Source: Camelus dromedarius
Taxonomy: Eukaryota
Direction of reading: 5' to 3'
Length of the DNA stretch: 64,000 nt
Assembly (NCBI RefSeq): GCF_036321535.1
Contig: NC_087450.1
Coordinates: 29,822,001-29,886,000 of the forward strand
The notes below the pieces were generated by a model. The model was not told where the DNA came from. It searched no databases and was given only the letters and a program-made list of their open reading frames with translations. Position numbers and translations under genes: made by a program. Below, one piece after another: positions 1 to 12,400 of this stretch (positions are counted from its first letter, which is position 1; each line of letters opens with the position of its first letter).

Positions 1-1674
1 GCAGGCCCTGCTCTGCAGCTGCGGAAGGAACGTTAGGGGGCAAGCTGAACACTGGAATCGTGTGTCCCTCACTTGGAGCAAACCTCTCTATCGCTCCCTC
101 AATCTGGTCTCCCCACTTCCCACTTCAAAGATAGAAAGGAAGATTGGACAGAGAATAAAATAAAGCTCTTCTAGATGCTGACATTTTTAAAAGGCAAGTG
201 CACAGACACTGTAAACATCCAGTTGTGGGGAAAAAACTATGAACTTTCAGCTAGCCAAACGGGGTTGCCCCAAGCAGTCAAACAGAATCCATGGGAATAA
301 AAAATCCCTCACGTGGGCAGAAAGTGGCCTTAAATGACTTCAGACAGATTCAGCACTTCTCTGCTGAGGCTGGCAAAAGTCTCCCAACTTCAGCTTCCTC
401 CTTGGCTGCCCCTGGCAAGGCAAAAGCCTGTAGCACTGGCCCCAAGCCCTGGACCTGCCAGAGCCTAGGGCATAGGGCCAGGGATAGGCACACATCTAGG
501 TGAGGGAGAGGGGCCTGGGCTGGACAGAGGGCAGGTTGTGACCCAAGAGGCCACAGAACACCGAGTTGAGGAGGAAAGGGGCACTAAACTCTAGTATTCA
601 ATACCAGGAAGGTCAGGAAGGGTAGGAGGAGACGAGTGACTCTGGTCTCTGGCTCCTTGAAAGTGGGTCCCAGGGGATGTGGTTGTTCTCAGCTAGAATG
701 GTCCTGGCCCTCCTGGCAGGAGATGGTGTCTGGCAACGCCACCCAGCAACAGCCAGCTTTTCTGGTGCTACCTTTCCAGGGGTGAGAACCTGGGTGTTTT
801 TCTCAGGATATTAGAAAAGACTTCCTCTCTGACTGGGCTAAGGGTGATACATGTGAAGGGAACAAGGGCACGCTGAGGCCTTGGGGAGAAGCAGGCTGCT
901 GAGAATATAGTAACAAAAGTCACTCCTCCCTCCTATCTTCACAAACCAGCCCCCACTGTCTAAAACAGAGAACAGTCCCACGGGCATCTCCAAAGAGCCA
1001 CGCACCAATGCTCTGGTGATGACAGCCCGGAACAATGACTGGGTGGCTCTAGCTCTTAAGGTCAGAAGTAGAGCTTCTGATGGTTTAAGGATAAAGAGCA
1101 GCAGAAGAACTATGAACAGAGGCCAGTCAGTCATGTAGCTTTGGAAAGGCTGATGACGAGGGATGACAAAGATCTCAAGCCCAGGGCTACAGCAAGAGGC
1201 AAAGCCTGGTGTCTGGAACCACCCGCACCTCCCTCCTTCTCCTAGAGAGGCTGGGTGCTGGCAGGTCAGCGGCTCATGGTGTGACTCATGTCTCCCTGCC
1301 TGGGATGCTGGCAGCCACCTCACCCCCTCAGCCCTCCCTCACAGGCCTGTTTGAGACAAGACTGCTCACTCCTTTTATTTATTCCCTGTTCCTCAACCAT
1401 CTCTCCTCACCCCAATCCATGACTGATGTGCTCCCACCACCCCAGGGAGTGCTGGGAGGACATCACCACCACTGCAATTATTATCTGGATCATTCAGTCC
1501 CAAAAGAGTCTCTCTACTACCCAGCATCAGTTTTGTTTTGAAATTATCCACATTACTCCAGTGATTCAGATGCATGGTCTACACAGTGGGAATGAATCCT
1601 CAGCCACTGGTTTCCTCTGGTTGTGAAGGTCAGCACTGGGCTGGCTAGGAATTGCTGCATGTTGGCAACTTCAC

Positions 1675-2253
1675 TCTGGGAAGCCACTAGGAACCCCAGA
1701 ATTGGCACAACAATTATTTTCAGCTGAAGACACTTGAGATTCAACAGATGTAGAAAGAAGCCTTCTTGGAGCTTCCCTTGTCTGACTAAAAGCAGACACT
1801 TCTGAGAAATCAGGACTGCCATACATTTGAGATGGGTCTGCTTCTAGGAGAGAGACCAAGAGCAAATCTACCATAATTTGCCAATCTACCAACTCTCTGT
1901 GGGAGAGTTTTACGGCCCTGAAGGAGAGGGAATGACCATTCATACCTCCATAGACAAACATGACCACAAATTTTATTATCTTTTATTCTCCTAAAAAACC
2001 CATTTGTCTTTCCTAAAGAAACCTATTTGTTCTTCCCACAGAAGCCTTTTCTCTCCTCTCCATTTCCTCTACTAAGTTAGGTTTAAGCCCTAAATTCTAA
2101 TCACCCTTTTGAGCTGCTCAATACCGAGCACTTCCACGTGTATGCATGATGCACCTAAACATTTTCTTCCTGTTAATGTCTGTTGTCATTTTAATTCACA
2201 GGCCTCTGTTACAGAGCCTATGAGGGTAGAGGAAAAGTTTTTCCTTCACTACA
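1675..2253 (+). mobile_element. ERV1-class solo LTR (MER34/MER39-like)
   Basis: CAGCTGAAGACACTTGAGATTCAACAGATG..GAAAGAAGCC body; ends GAGGGTAGAGGAAAAGTTTTTCCTTCACTACA (typical CTACA end). 5' boundary approximate. Confidence 0.65.
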
Positions 2254-3899
2254 TCACCATCCTCTCCTACCCCAGAAACATGGTTATTTTATAGCTAATG
2301 GGATCTTAGAAATGAATTCATCCAGTGACACACACAAGAAGCATCAGCATCTTTTAAAACACTGGTCCAAGCTCCAGGGGTATCTACCAGTAGGACTAGC
2401 ACTAGATGTGAGCACCCACTCACATGCGTGCACTTCCTCTCCTGCACACAGAAGGGTCTAACTCCCTGGACAGACATTTAAGGCTCCCTGAGTCTGTCCA
2501 AAACCCTCCAAACCTATCACCTGTGTCCTTGAGCTCTCCTTTCAGCTTTTTGGTCAGACTGTTATTCCAGCCTGACATGCCCTCACCAGTCCTCATATCT
2601 CCTCCTCTTGGAAGCATCACAGTCCATATTCCTGCTTCCCCACTCGCCGCTGCCCCTCAATCCCAGCCTAGTTGACAGGGAGCCCTTCCTCCACCAACCT
2701 TCCCTGCCTGTGCCCTGAGCAAGTTGCCACCTGCCTGAAAGCTCACACAGCATTGTGACATTGACTTTGGGATTTTACAGGCTGTGAGTATGTCTTTTAT
2801 TTTGGAAACTCCAGGAGGGCAGGAGGTCTTCCCAGTCTTCCAGGGGCTCTTACCCATAGAGGTCGCTGAATAAATATGAGGATGGGGGTTGACACTGCAC
2901 CAGCTTCTCCCCGTGGACCAGCCTCAGGACACACACACTTCACCTTCGGATCTTTGCTTTGGGAATTTCCCAAACTGGGCTCCTTTACAGACTAAACTCT
3001 GACATTTTCCATTTGTGTAAATGTTCACAAAAAGACAGAAAGGCCGACCTGCTCTCCAAACAGACCAGCGAGGAACAGGGACTGAGTAAGTGCTGGAGGC
3101 TGAGGGAGGGGACTGTCCCTGCACCCCAGGCTCACCAAGAGAATGTAGGAGACATATAAGGAGTAGTGAAAGAGGACGAATGGTGTCAGCAGACAGAACA
3201 GGAAAATTCAAACTTGTGATTCTAAAACAACTCAGGGAGCCAATTAAGAGCCCAGCTCCCTTCTGCCAGTTTCATCTGCAAGGACACAGTTGGCTGGAGA
3301 CAGGTGGGCTGCCAAGCACGGACACCTGGGAGGGCGGATATTGGCCTGCGGGCTCCCGCCATCTCCTGCACACTCAGGGCACAGCCAGCCCAGCGCGGCT
3401 GCCCAGCTGGGAGGGCAGTCTTCACCATCTGTCCACCCCTAGGAGTGCAGGTACCTCCCTGCTAGTGGCAAAGGGAGGGTTCAGCCCAGAAACCAGTCCT
3501 CCTGATGTCTCTGTTCCCTAGAAGTGCTCCTCCAGGAGAGTAGGTGAGGAGGTAGCTGGGATCTGTAGCAGCTGCTGGCAACTTGGGGGGTTTAGGGCAA
3601 GCAGCTCCTCATAGTGACCTACAATCTAAAGCAAAGCAGCCATGACCAGGGGTTCAGGGCAGCTCCAGGTGAGGGATGGGGAGCAGCTGCCTCTCTTCCA
3701 CTCTCCATTGCTATAGTCACAACTCTCCTCTCTTTAAAAACCTGCACTTTGCCTCCAATGTCTGGCCCCTTTCCTCCTCCCTTGCTTCATCTCCTGCCTC
3801 CCCTACATGCTTATTTCCCCCTCACCCCTTGCACTAAATTTCTTTCCATTCCGTACACAGTCATTTCTGGGACTCAGTGTCATCTTCTTGCTATTCCCT

Positions 3900-4192
3900 C
3901 TATCAGCAGTACCCTTTCCCTGATGCCTGGCAAACTCCTATGCATGCCTCAAGACTCAGCTTAAATGTTCCTTCTTTAGTGAAGCCCTTCCCAACTCCAC
4001 TATACACTCAGTCTTGCCACTATTATGGTACTTATTACATTGTTTGGTAACTCTTTGCTTACATCTGTCTTGTTGCCTCTCACATCTAAATAATGAGGTC
4101 CTTGAAGGTAGTGATTATTTCTTTAAATCCACTATGTACCACAGTGTCTAGTACATAGAGGTTGTCAATAAATACTTGTTGAATGAATGAAG
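3900..4192 (+). mobile_element. L2 3' end
   Basis: CTCAAGACTCAGCTTAAATG...GAGGTCCTTGAAGG...CAGTGTCTAGTACATAGAGG..TCAATAAATACTTGTTGAATGAATGAA. Confidence 0.75.
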
Positions 4193-5192
4193 AAATACAA
4201 ATTCTGCTTTTATCCTGCTGTTCCCTGGTTCATGACTTTCAGTGATGATCTCTTATCTGGAGACTAAATCCCTGGCAATTGAATCCACACACTTTCTGTC
4301 CACACCATGAAATAATTCCTCCCATGTTTGGCATTATAGAGAAATACAAAAATGCAAAAGAAAGTGCCTCCACCTGAGTTCCAAAGAGTAAGAAAGACAA
4401 GAGCCCAGATGAAACAACGAGGAAGGCAGTGGGAGCCACTAGGAGGGTCCTGATGAAGGGAGCATTACACCCAGCAGGGAGGAATCCAAGACAGTCTCCT
4501 GGGGCACCAGAACCAAAGGGTAGGTAGATTTTTGACAGTTCAACATGGGATGGGGTGGTGGTGGAGGGGTGGGGAGAGCATGAGGGCATGGGAAAAGGGC
4601 ATTCCTGATCCCAAAGGAAAAAGTATTCAGGATAAAGTTTGGGGGCTGTTTGGCTGAAACAAAGGCCACATGGAGGGAACAGGGCTTGTCCAGAGAGTGG
4701 CTCTCATCACCAGGGTGGGCTCCAGAAGGACTCACTCAGGGGTGGGTGCCCCCAGGGCTTCTGAGGCGACAACTGGGGGATAGGTCTTACCAGCACTCCA
4801 GCTGCCACAGCCCAAGCAGGGGGTGAAGGAAAGGAGCAAGTAGGAATGTTTTAGACTTTCCTCACCTCTCTGATGTTTCCCAAATCCCATACCTAGTAGG
4901 AGCTTGGTCCAAGGGGGCATCTCAATCCACCAGCCTTCAGCAAGATACTCCCACCCTCTCTCCTCCCAATAGATGGGGACCTGTGGATCTCTCAACCACA
5001 GGACAGATAGACATTTCTTAGGCATCATCTACTTGAAAGATAGCACACGAAGCATCATGGGGGATACCCAAGGATAGAGGACACAGACCTCTAGTAATTA
5101 AGTGCCCATAAGAGAGAGCATCCACAGAGACAGACCACACCAGGGAGTGGTGGAATCAGGTGAAGACAGGAAGCAGCTAGTCTCAACTTTTC

Positions 5193-5313
5193 AAGGGACC
5201 ATATAAATTACTGTCCAAACCAGGCAAGTGAAAGGGGGAGCTATTAATAAATAAACTACAATACAGGCATGAACAGGGGCTGCCCCAGGTCAGTCAGGAT
5301 AGTGGTCATCCTA
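5193..5313. mobile_element. MER94-like hAT MITE
   Basis: AGGGACCATATAAATTACTGTCCAAACC...GTGAAAGGGGGAGCTATTAATAA...GGTCATCCTA with degenerate TIRs. Confidence 0.6.
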
Positions 5314-5319
5314 CCCATA

Positions 5320-6020
5320 TGATTCTTATGATTCCAAAATTTCTATCTCCAGACCATCCTTGGTCCTGAGCTCTAGATCCGTAATCAGTTGCCCACCAGG
5401 TATTTCCATCTGGAAATCCTATGGGCTACTCAACCACAGTGTACCAAAACTGAAGTCAGCGTCTCCCCTCCTCCCCTACCCCTCACCACTGGCTTTTCCG
5501 CCTTCTGTGTTCCCCACCTAGAGAAGCAGCACTGGTCTCTACTGGCATGTTCCAAGCCAGACCCTGGGAGTTGTCCTGGATTGTTCCCTGCCTCACCAGA
5601 CCCAGGCAGTCTTGAGGGGTCAAGAACTATTGGTTCTCTCTTCTCCCATCCCCTCCTACCTGCCCTTACCCTGGACCACTTTAACGGCCTCCTAACTGGT
5701 CTTCCTATTCCATCCTTCCATTTGTACCTTTCAAGTCCATGTTCATCATGGCAGCAGAGAGATCTTAAAAATACACAAAACCTTTGTGGCTCCCCTTACA
5801 CTTTGACACTTAGGGGTGGGAGGTGAGACCTTTTGGGTCCTCCCCATCCTGCCCCAGTGCTCATGTGTCCAGTTTCACCTCCACTTGTCATCCCATTTCC
5901 TGTGGGCCAGCTCTGTGGAAGCTCCCTGCTGCCGCCCTCCAAGCCCTGACACATGCTGCTCTCTGCCTAAGGGGGCCCTTCTGCCTCTGGTTCGCCTCCG
6001 CCCACCAGATGGACCTCAGG
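5320..6020 (+). mobile_element. L2 fragment
   Basis: GATTCCAAAATTTCTATCTCCAG...CCTCCTAACTGGTCTTCCT...GCAGCAGAGAGATCTTAAAAATACA. Confidence 0.65.
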
Positions 6021-6089
6021 TAGCACCCGCTGTACAAGTCACCCTGCCGTTTAAGGACTGGCCTTCCTGCCCCTGCAGCCATTCACTCA

Positions 6090-6250
6090 CTGTCGATGCT
6101 GCGGGTTTAGAAATACATAGAACAACATACAGAGATAAAAAAAAATATGGTGAAAATGCAATCAATCAAGCCATCTAGGTGAAGGGTTTGGGGTGTTGAT
6201 TGTACCATCTTACAACTTCTCTGTGGGCTTTAAGTTTTTCAAAATAGAAA
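6090..6250 (+). mobile_element. L1ME/MC 3' end fragment
   Basis: ATCTAGGTGAAGGGTTTGGGGTGTTGATTGTACCATCTTACAACTTCTCTGTGGGCTTTAAGTTTTTCAAAATA. Confidence 0.55.
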
Positions 6251-6469
6251 ACTAGATTTTACAAACTGAATAGAATATGGACCTGAATAGAAACTCATTC
6301 AAACATAAATTTCCTGTGACCTGATTTGAGAGAGACTAGTATCACTGAAATTCAGGGCCACAGTTTTGCTGTTAAAGTTCTCACATTTATCAGTAAATTT
6401 GTTGCATTTATATTTAAACACATATATGTTTAATTGGCTGAGGGGGGATCAGGAAAAAAACTGATAAGT

Positions 6470-6730
6470 GGATAAAAGAAAATAAAATCATCTACAATCT
6501 CACCACCCGGAGATAACAGTTACAACTATTTCAGAACATGTTTTCCTGGCAATTTTTGTGTGTAGATATATTTTAAAATACAAAATGAGTTATGTTACAC
6601 ATAGCTTTATAACTCATTCTTTTTACTCCACAATATATTACAAATGACTTTTCATACTGATAAATACATTGGCATTTTAATAGCTGCACTGCATTCTATG
6701 GAATAGGTGCCCCATAATTTATGTAACCCC
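6470..6730 (-). mobile_element. L1ME4-like fragment
   Basis: AATCTCACCACCCGGAGATAAC...GCATTTTAATAGCTGCA...CATTCTATGGAATAGGTGCCCATAATTTAT. Confidence 0.5.
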
Positions 6731-7269
6731 ATGATCTTTCCCCTAAACACAGGAACAAGAGCCCCAACTCTCTGATTCTGACACCCCTCATGACTCTAAC
6801 CCAAAGAGGGGGGTCAAAGTCAACGCTGGCCCTTTGTTTAGGGAAGTGACACGTTGCTATTCGGGCTTCAAAGGAAAAAATGTATGCTGACAGGTTAGAA
6901 TTAACTGGGAAAATCACCTCGACTCAAATGCGACGAGCATTTTAATCAGTAGAGTTCAATCTTCTTGGCAGCTCCACTCAGAGAGGCCAATCGAACTTCA
7001 GGCCACACCTGGCAAGGTTGAGAGGAGCTAAAAATAGACCCAGAACTAAGCATCCAGACTCTTCTGAATTCATAGGCATAAAGGCTGCCCCAGAAGGACT
7101 TGCCGCTCCAACGTTTTCCACTTGCGGCATGTCATGGTGCCTGAAATTCCTAAGGGTTAAGGTTTTCTAAGAGGCTCCTGTCAGAAAGTAGGCAGCTATC
7201 CTGCGAGGAGGGCAGAGTGAGTCCCCGTCGGGATCTAGTGGAGAAAATCAGGGATTTGGGGGTCAAACA

Positions 7270-7430
7270 GGCTGGGGCTCATATTCCAGTCCTCTGCCCA
7301 TCACCAGCTATGTGACCTTGGGTCAAGTCCTCAGCCTGAGTTTCTGTGTCCTCATCTGCAACAAGGGGATAAAATGCCACATCTACCTGTTGCGAAGGTA
7401 AAATGGGATGGTGCCTGGAATAGGAGGTGA
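7270..7430 (+). mobile_element. MIR SINE
   Basis: GCTATGTGACCTTGGGTCAAGTC...CCTCATCTGCAACAAGGGGATAA. Confidence 0.7.
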
Positions 7431-8118
7431 ACAAATGCGTCTCATTGTTGTTACTGAGGACTTGAATTTGTTTCTCAGATTGGCCAGGTATGGCTTTAGG
7501 AGAGATGAGTTTTCTCGGCATTGGTGGTGAGCACAAGAGAAGCATGGCAGAGGCCCCACGCATGATACACGGCAAAGGCAATAGGGCTGCACATCCAGGG
7601 CCACCTGGGCCCTTTGGGCAGGCTGGACACATGCTGGAATGGCACAGGGACACCTCACTCATTGCCACACACTCAGCATTCAAAAATTTAACCTTCTGAG
7701 CATCAAGCGCCCTCCAGTTGATTCTGAAGGTTCGTGACCTGTGAAAATTTCTGTTTTGCTGAGGCACTCACCTGGACCACATGGACTCAGTAAGGAAGCA
7801 TGTCTTGTAGATTTCCCAGGGTCCCTAACAAGGCTTTGCAGCAGAGATGCTGAAAGCCTGGACTAGGATCCAGGTCTACTGACCACCAGCCCCTGACTCC
7901 AGGCCTGACCTCTGCCCAAGATCCCAGGGGGGTTCATCACACATCCCCTTGCCCTGATTGTGACTGCACCCCATCTAGGGCCTCTGGGAGTGCAGAAATG
8001 AATGGGACGGACTTGGGAAGGATGACTGATGGGCCATATTGGCACCATCGACTGGCAGGGCACAGACAATGTCACTGCTCTTTAAATGGGTACCCTGCAG
8101 TGAGGTGGCTTCCCCTTC

Positions 8119-8558
8119 TGTCTTAGTTTCCTAGGACTGCTGTAATACAGTGCCACAAACTGGGTGGCAGAAAACAACAACAGTTCTGGAGGCCAAAATT
8201 CTGACACCAAGGTGCTGACTGGACCCTGCTCTCTCTCTCCGAAACCTGTTGGGGAGAATCCTCCCTTCCCTCTTCCAGCTTCTGGGGTTTGCCAGCACTC
8301 CTTGGTACTCAGTAGCTTTTAGATGCGTCCCTCCAATCTCTGCCTCCATTGTCACCTGATTGCCTACTATCTGAGTGACCCTGTCTCTATTATAGACACC
8401 TGTCATGTTGGATGAGGGGGCCACACTACTTCAGTCTGACCTCACCTGAACTGATTACATCTGCAACAACCCTGTTTCCAAATAAGGTCATGTTCTGAGG
8501 TGCTGAGGGTTAGGACTTCAACATACCATTTTGAGGGGACTTAACTGAACCCACAATA
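8119..8558 (-). mobile_element. MaLR solo LTR (MLT1C-like)
   Basis: TGTCTTAGTTTCCTAGGACTGCTGTAA...ATTACATCTGCAACAACCCTGTTTCCAAATAAGGTCATGTTCTGAGG...TTAGGACTTCAACATA. Confidence 0.85.
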
Positions 8559-11500
8559 ACCTCTAAATCCATCTTGAGATGAGCATTTTCTCTTCAGTGC
8601 CTGAACGCAGCTCAGAGCAACATCAAACTTCCTCTCCACAGCCAGGAGAGGGGCCTTCAGGACAGACCCTAGTGAACTCTGGCCTGTTCCCTGCAGCTGT
8701 TGGAAGACACCTCAGGGACGGGAGGTGGAAGACAGACCGAGTGACACGGCTTTAGGTGGACACCTCGCCTTGCCTTCTCAGTGCTCGTCGTGACCCAAAC
8801 CGTTACTGTGCCTGTTAGTGTACCCAGGGTGCTGAGGCCCCAAAGTCCCAGGGTCTGCCTCCCGGACACTTCCAGGCCCCGTCAAACAGGGAGTGAAGAA
8901 ACAAACCAGAGAGAAACTCCCCGCCACCCCACGCACCTTTTACCACCACCTTCTCCTGCCTCAGGTCATTCCAGCTTAGGCAGGATAGGTGGCCAGAGGA
9001 GTGGCTTGAAGGGGACTGAGCCCCTGCTTCCTGCCCCTGGGACGTCCGGCTGCCCCTGGTGGCCTGCCAGTGCAAGAGGCAGGCAGGGACTTTCTGATCC
9101 AATTGCTCAGGTCCATTCAAAAGGGAAAAGTGATGACAAAGCTCTCTGCACATTTCTTAATACATTTTAAAATCCTTAACAAAATAAACCTCAGGGCCTG
9201 AGTAAATTGGCTCCCAGATGCTGGCCAAGGAACAAGCTGGGTGGAAAGTGTGGGGAGTTGGAGGGAGGATTGGTCAGTGACCAGGGTGAAAGAACAGCCT
9301 CTCCCCTCACCCAGTGCTTCTTAATGAGGTGCCTCTGCGGACAGTCTGGGAACCCAGAGCTCCCGGAGCCCCCAGACAGGAAGGGAGGGGTCTCCATCCT
9401 CACTGCTCTTGGTCCCCTTCCCCAAAAGCAGCACCAGGACAAAGGCTGTTGGCAAATCCCGCCCCTCATAACTTCTGAGATGGAGTAGAACAAACACTTG
9501 AGCCCGGCCCCCTCCTTCACCCGCTCAGGGAGAGGCTAACCTTGAAATCAGCCCCAGTGAGGTGGGTCATCTCGGAGACCAAAGGACAGTCACTGACACA
9601 GCCCTGTTTGGAGCAGAATTGAAGGAGGTCTTTGCCAACTTCCATGCATAGCCTGCTCTGCAGTGACTGACATCTGAGGTGTTCGGAGGAAATTTCCCTC
9701 CCGGCATTTTCCCCTCAGTGATTTCCCCAACTCAGAGATGTCTTCTCTAACAGGCTGGGGGGTGAGTTTTCTTTCCCTATGGGCACCCTCCCCTGTGAGT
9801 GACCCCAGCAGTGGTCAGGCCTGTCTAGTTTTGTGCCTCAATCGTCAGCCCCTGATCTGCCCACAGGACACCTAGTGGAAATGCTCAATTTCAACTCAGG
9901 GAGAAGGCAGGGCTGAAGATGGAAAAGCCAGAGTTTAGGGGTAGGATTTACAGACCAAGAAGTTCTACAATTTGGCCTCAGATAGGAACAGGGACAGTTT
10001 TTCCATTGTGACAGGAGTGAGGGGCAGGTGGACACTGGTGGCATTGGGGATAGGTCAATGAAGTTCTCTCTAACGGTTTGTTTTCTCCATGAAAGATGAG
10101 GGGGAGAGAGAACATGGGTGTGAAGGCAGGCAGGACAGGGCCTCCCTAGGAAGCTGATGGTGTTGAGTGCACACAGGAGGTTCAGGGTCATGAACAAAAT
10201 GAGGCAGCACTGTCAGCCCAGACACAAGCTCCTCTACAGCAGCATTCAGCCTCCCCAGCACAGCGACATGGAGGAGCCAGGGTTTAACAGAGGAGGGAGG
10301 GAGGTCAGGAAGCGAAGGGTCATCACAACAAAGGCATGGCAAGATGGACCATGGATGCTAAGCTGGGTAAGGGGAGGGTGGGGGACAGCACAGTCAGTAG
10401 GACACCATCCTGTGCCCTAGGCCTACTGGCAAGACTTCTTGGGACCACTGAGGACAGAGTGCCCCATCCAGGTGCAATAAGCCGGTTCCTCACCTGAGCA
10501 CTGTCAAGCCCACCCTCTATGCCCTCTCCTTGGGCTGGGGAGGAGCCAGGTAAAAGTAGGCAACCACGTGTGCCATGATCAAATGGAAGTAATCTGTGGC
10601 TAATAATGAAAAAGTGAAGCTTGGAAATGATTGTCTTTTATTGAGCCTTTTGAAGGTTATCTCTGTCGGGTCAATTTATCTCACTTACACCTGGCTAAGC
10701 TTTCTTGGAGAAATACGAGAAATGCCTAGAGTTTCAGCCAGCACTATAGATGGTGGGCAAAATCAGCAGTGTAGCTCTGGGGGGTTTGTCCCCATGAATG
10801 GCAATGCTTCAGGGGTCTCTGTGCCCAGTAAATGGCTCATGATTGCTACTCTGGCTGCAGACCTTTGTGGCACCAGGACTTGGGGCCACACAAACTCATA
10901 TTCAGAGGTTGTCATGGAGACTCCTGGCCATTCACCATCATTTCTTTTCCTCTTCTCCCAAAGTAGGAGTTATAGCCTGGCATGACTACCCAGCTCCACA
11001 CTGCTTGCCAGCATCCCTGTGGGGTGCATAATCCTGTGACTAAGTTTGAGAAACTTAGTGGGGTGGTGGAAGTGATGTGTGCCATATCCAGGTTGGTGTC
11101 TACATTCTTTTTCCAGTTTCCACAAACTGGAGCACAGAGAAGCCTTGCAGCCTGGCTTCAGCTAAGGGCAAAGCCGAAGGAATGGCAAAAAAATGAGATG
11201 GAAAGAATCTGGGCCCCTAAGGGCGGACAAGCTGCCTGCCAACCAGGAAAGTTCTCTTTCTACTGTGCCTTAGGTCAGCTCACTTGGAACTGACTGTGCC
11301 AGAGGCAGACGGTGGGTACACTCTCAGGATCCGCACCAGTCAGGTAAAGAGCGGACGGTGAACTGCAGCGAAGCTGGACGAGAGGTCTCTGATCCAGAGG
11401 GGAGGTCTGGAGCTGGGACAGCCCTTCAGAGTTGTCCCAGATGGAGACAAAGGGGCGAGACCTCTCTACTCCATACTACCAGTCCTTTGGGGATGCAGGC

Positions 11501-11833
11501 TATCCCGGCAAGGGGGTGTAACTTGGGTGAGGTGGCTCCCTTTGGCCAAGGACAAGTCCCAGAGAGACTCAGCAGGGAGTCCTCAACAAGCTCCCTCCCT
11601 ACCACCAGCACTGGAGAAATGCTGCCTCAGTCCTAATGGCCGGATTTGGGTGCTGTCCTACAACACCCACTGCAGACTCTCACTAAGGAAGGAAAGTCTA
11701 TGTTCTTTAAAGCCATTGCTTTATTGCTAGGTCTTTATCACAGCAGCCTCTCCTCACCCCCATGGGCTTGTTTACAAGGGCACCCCCACCCTGCCCTCAA
11801 CCAAAGAGAAACTCCCTGAGACACACACGAGGT

Positions 11834-12007
11834 CAGTGGTTTGCAAAGTGTGGTTCGCAGTCCAGCATCATCAGCATCCCCCAGAAATTGTTTTAACTGC
11901 GGATCTCATGCCTCATCCCAGACCGACTGAGTCAGAAACTCAGGATGGGGCCCAGCGATCTGTGTTCAACAAGCCTTCTAATGCACACCAAAGACTGAGA
12001 ACCACTG
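11834..12007. mobile_element. MER5A hAT-Charlie MITE
   Basis: TIRs CAGTGGTT...AACCACTG; internal CCCAGACCGACTGAGTCAGAAACT. Confidence 0.8.
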
Positions 12008-12234
12008 CTGTTTCTTCCCTCTAGACTCAGAGCACCAACTACCATGCAGAGAACACGACAACCTGAATGGTGATTTGGAAGTCTCTGCTTGAAGTCCTGG
12101 GCTGTACATTAAGGTATCTGGGTCCCCCCACTTCCCCTCTGACACCATCAGCCTGGCTCTCCTCTGCCCTGGGGAAGCAGTGTGGGGCAGAGGGATCCTC
12201 ACAGCTTCGGGGCCAATCTTCGGGGTCAGTTTCA

Positions 12235-12400
12235 ACTGCTGGCTGACTGACCTTAGACAAATGGCTTGCTGGGACTCAGTTTCCTCATCTATACAATGGG
12301 GATAAGACCCACCCTACTTAGTTATTGTGAGACCAACATGAGAGAACACACCTTAGCGTCTAACACTGCCTGGCTCCTGGCACTCATTCCATAACTGTTA
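12235..12400 (+). mobile_element. MIR SINE
   Basis: TGACCTTAGACAAATGGCTT...CTCAGTTTCCTCATCTATACAATGGGGATAA. Confidence 0.7.

Noticed and set aside
9049-9064. CTCF-like GGCCACCAGGGGCAGC (minus strand)
   Set aside because: One G short in the core, which displaces highly conserved positions.
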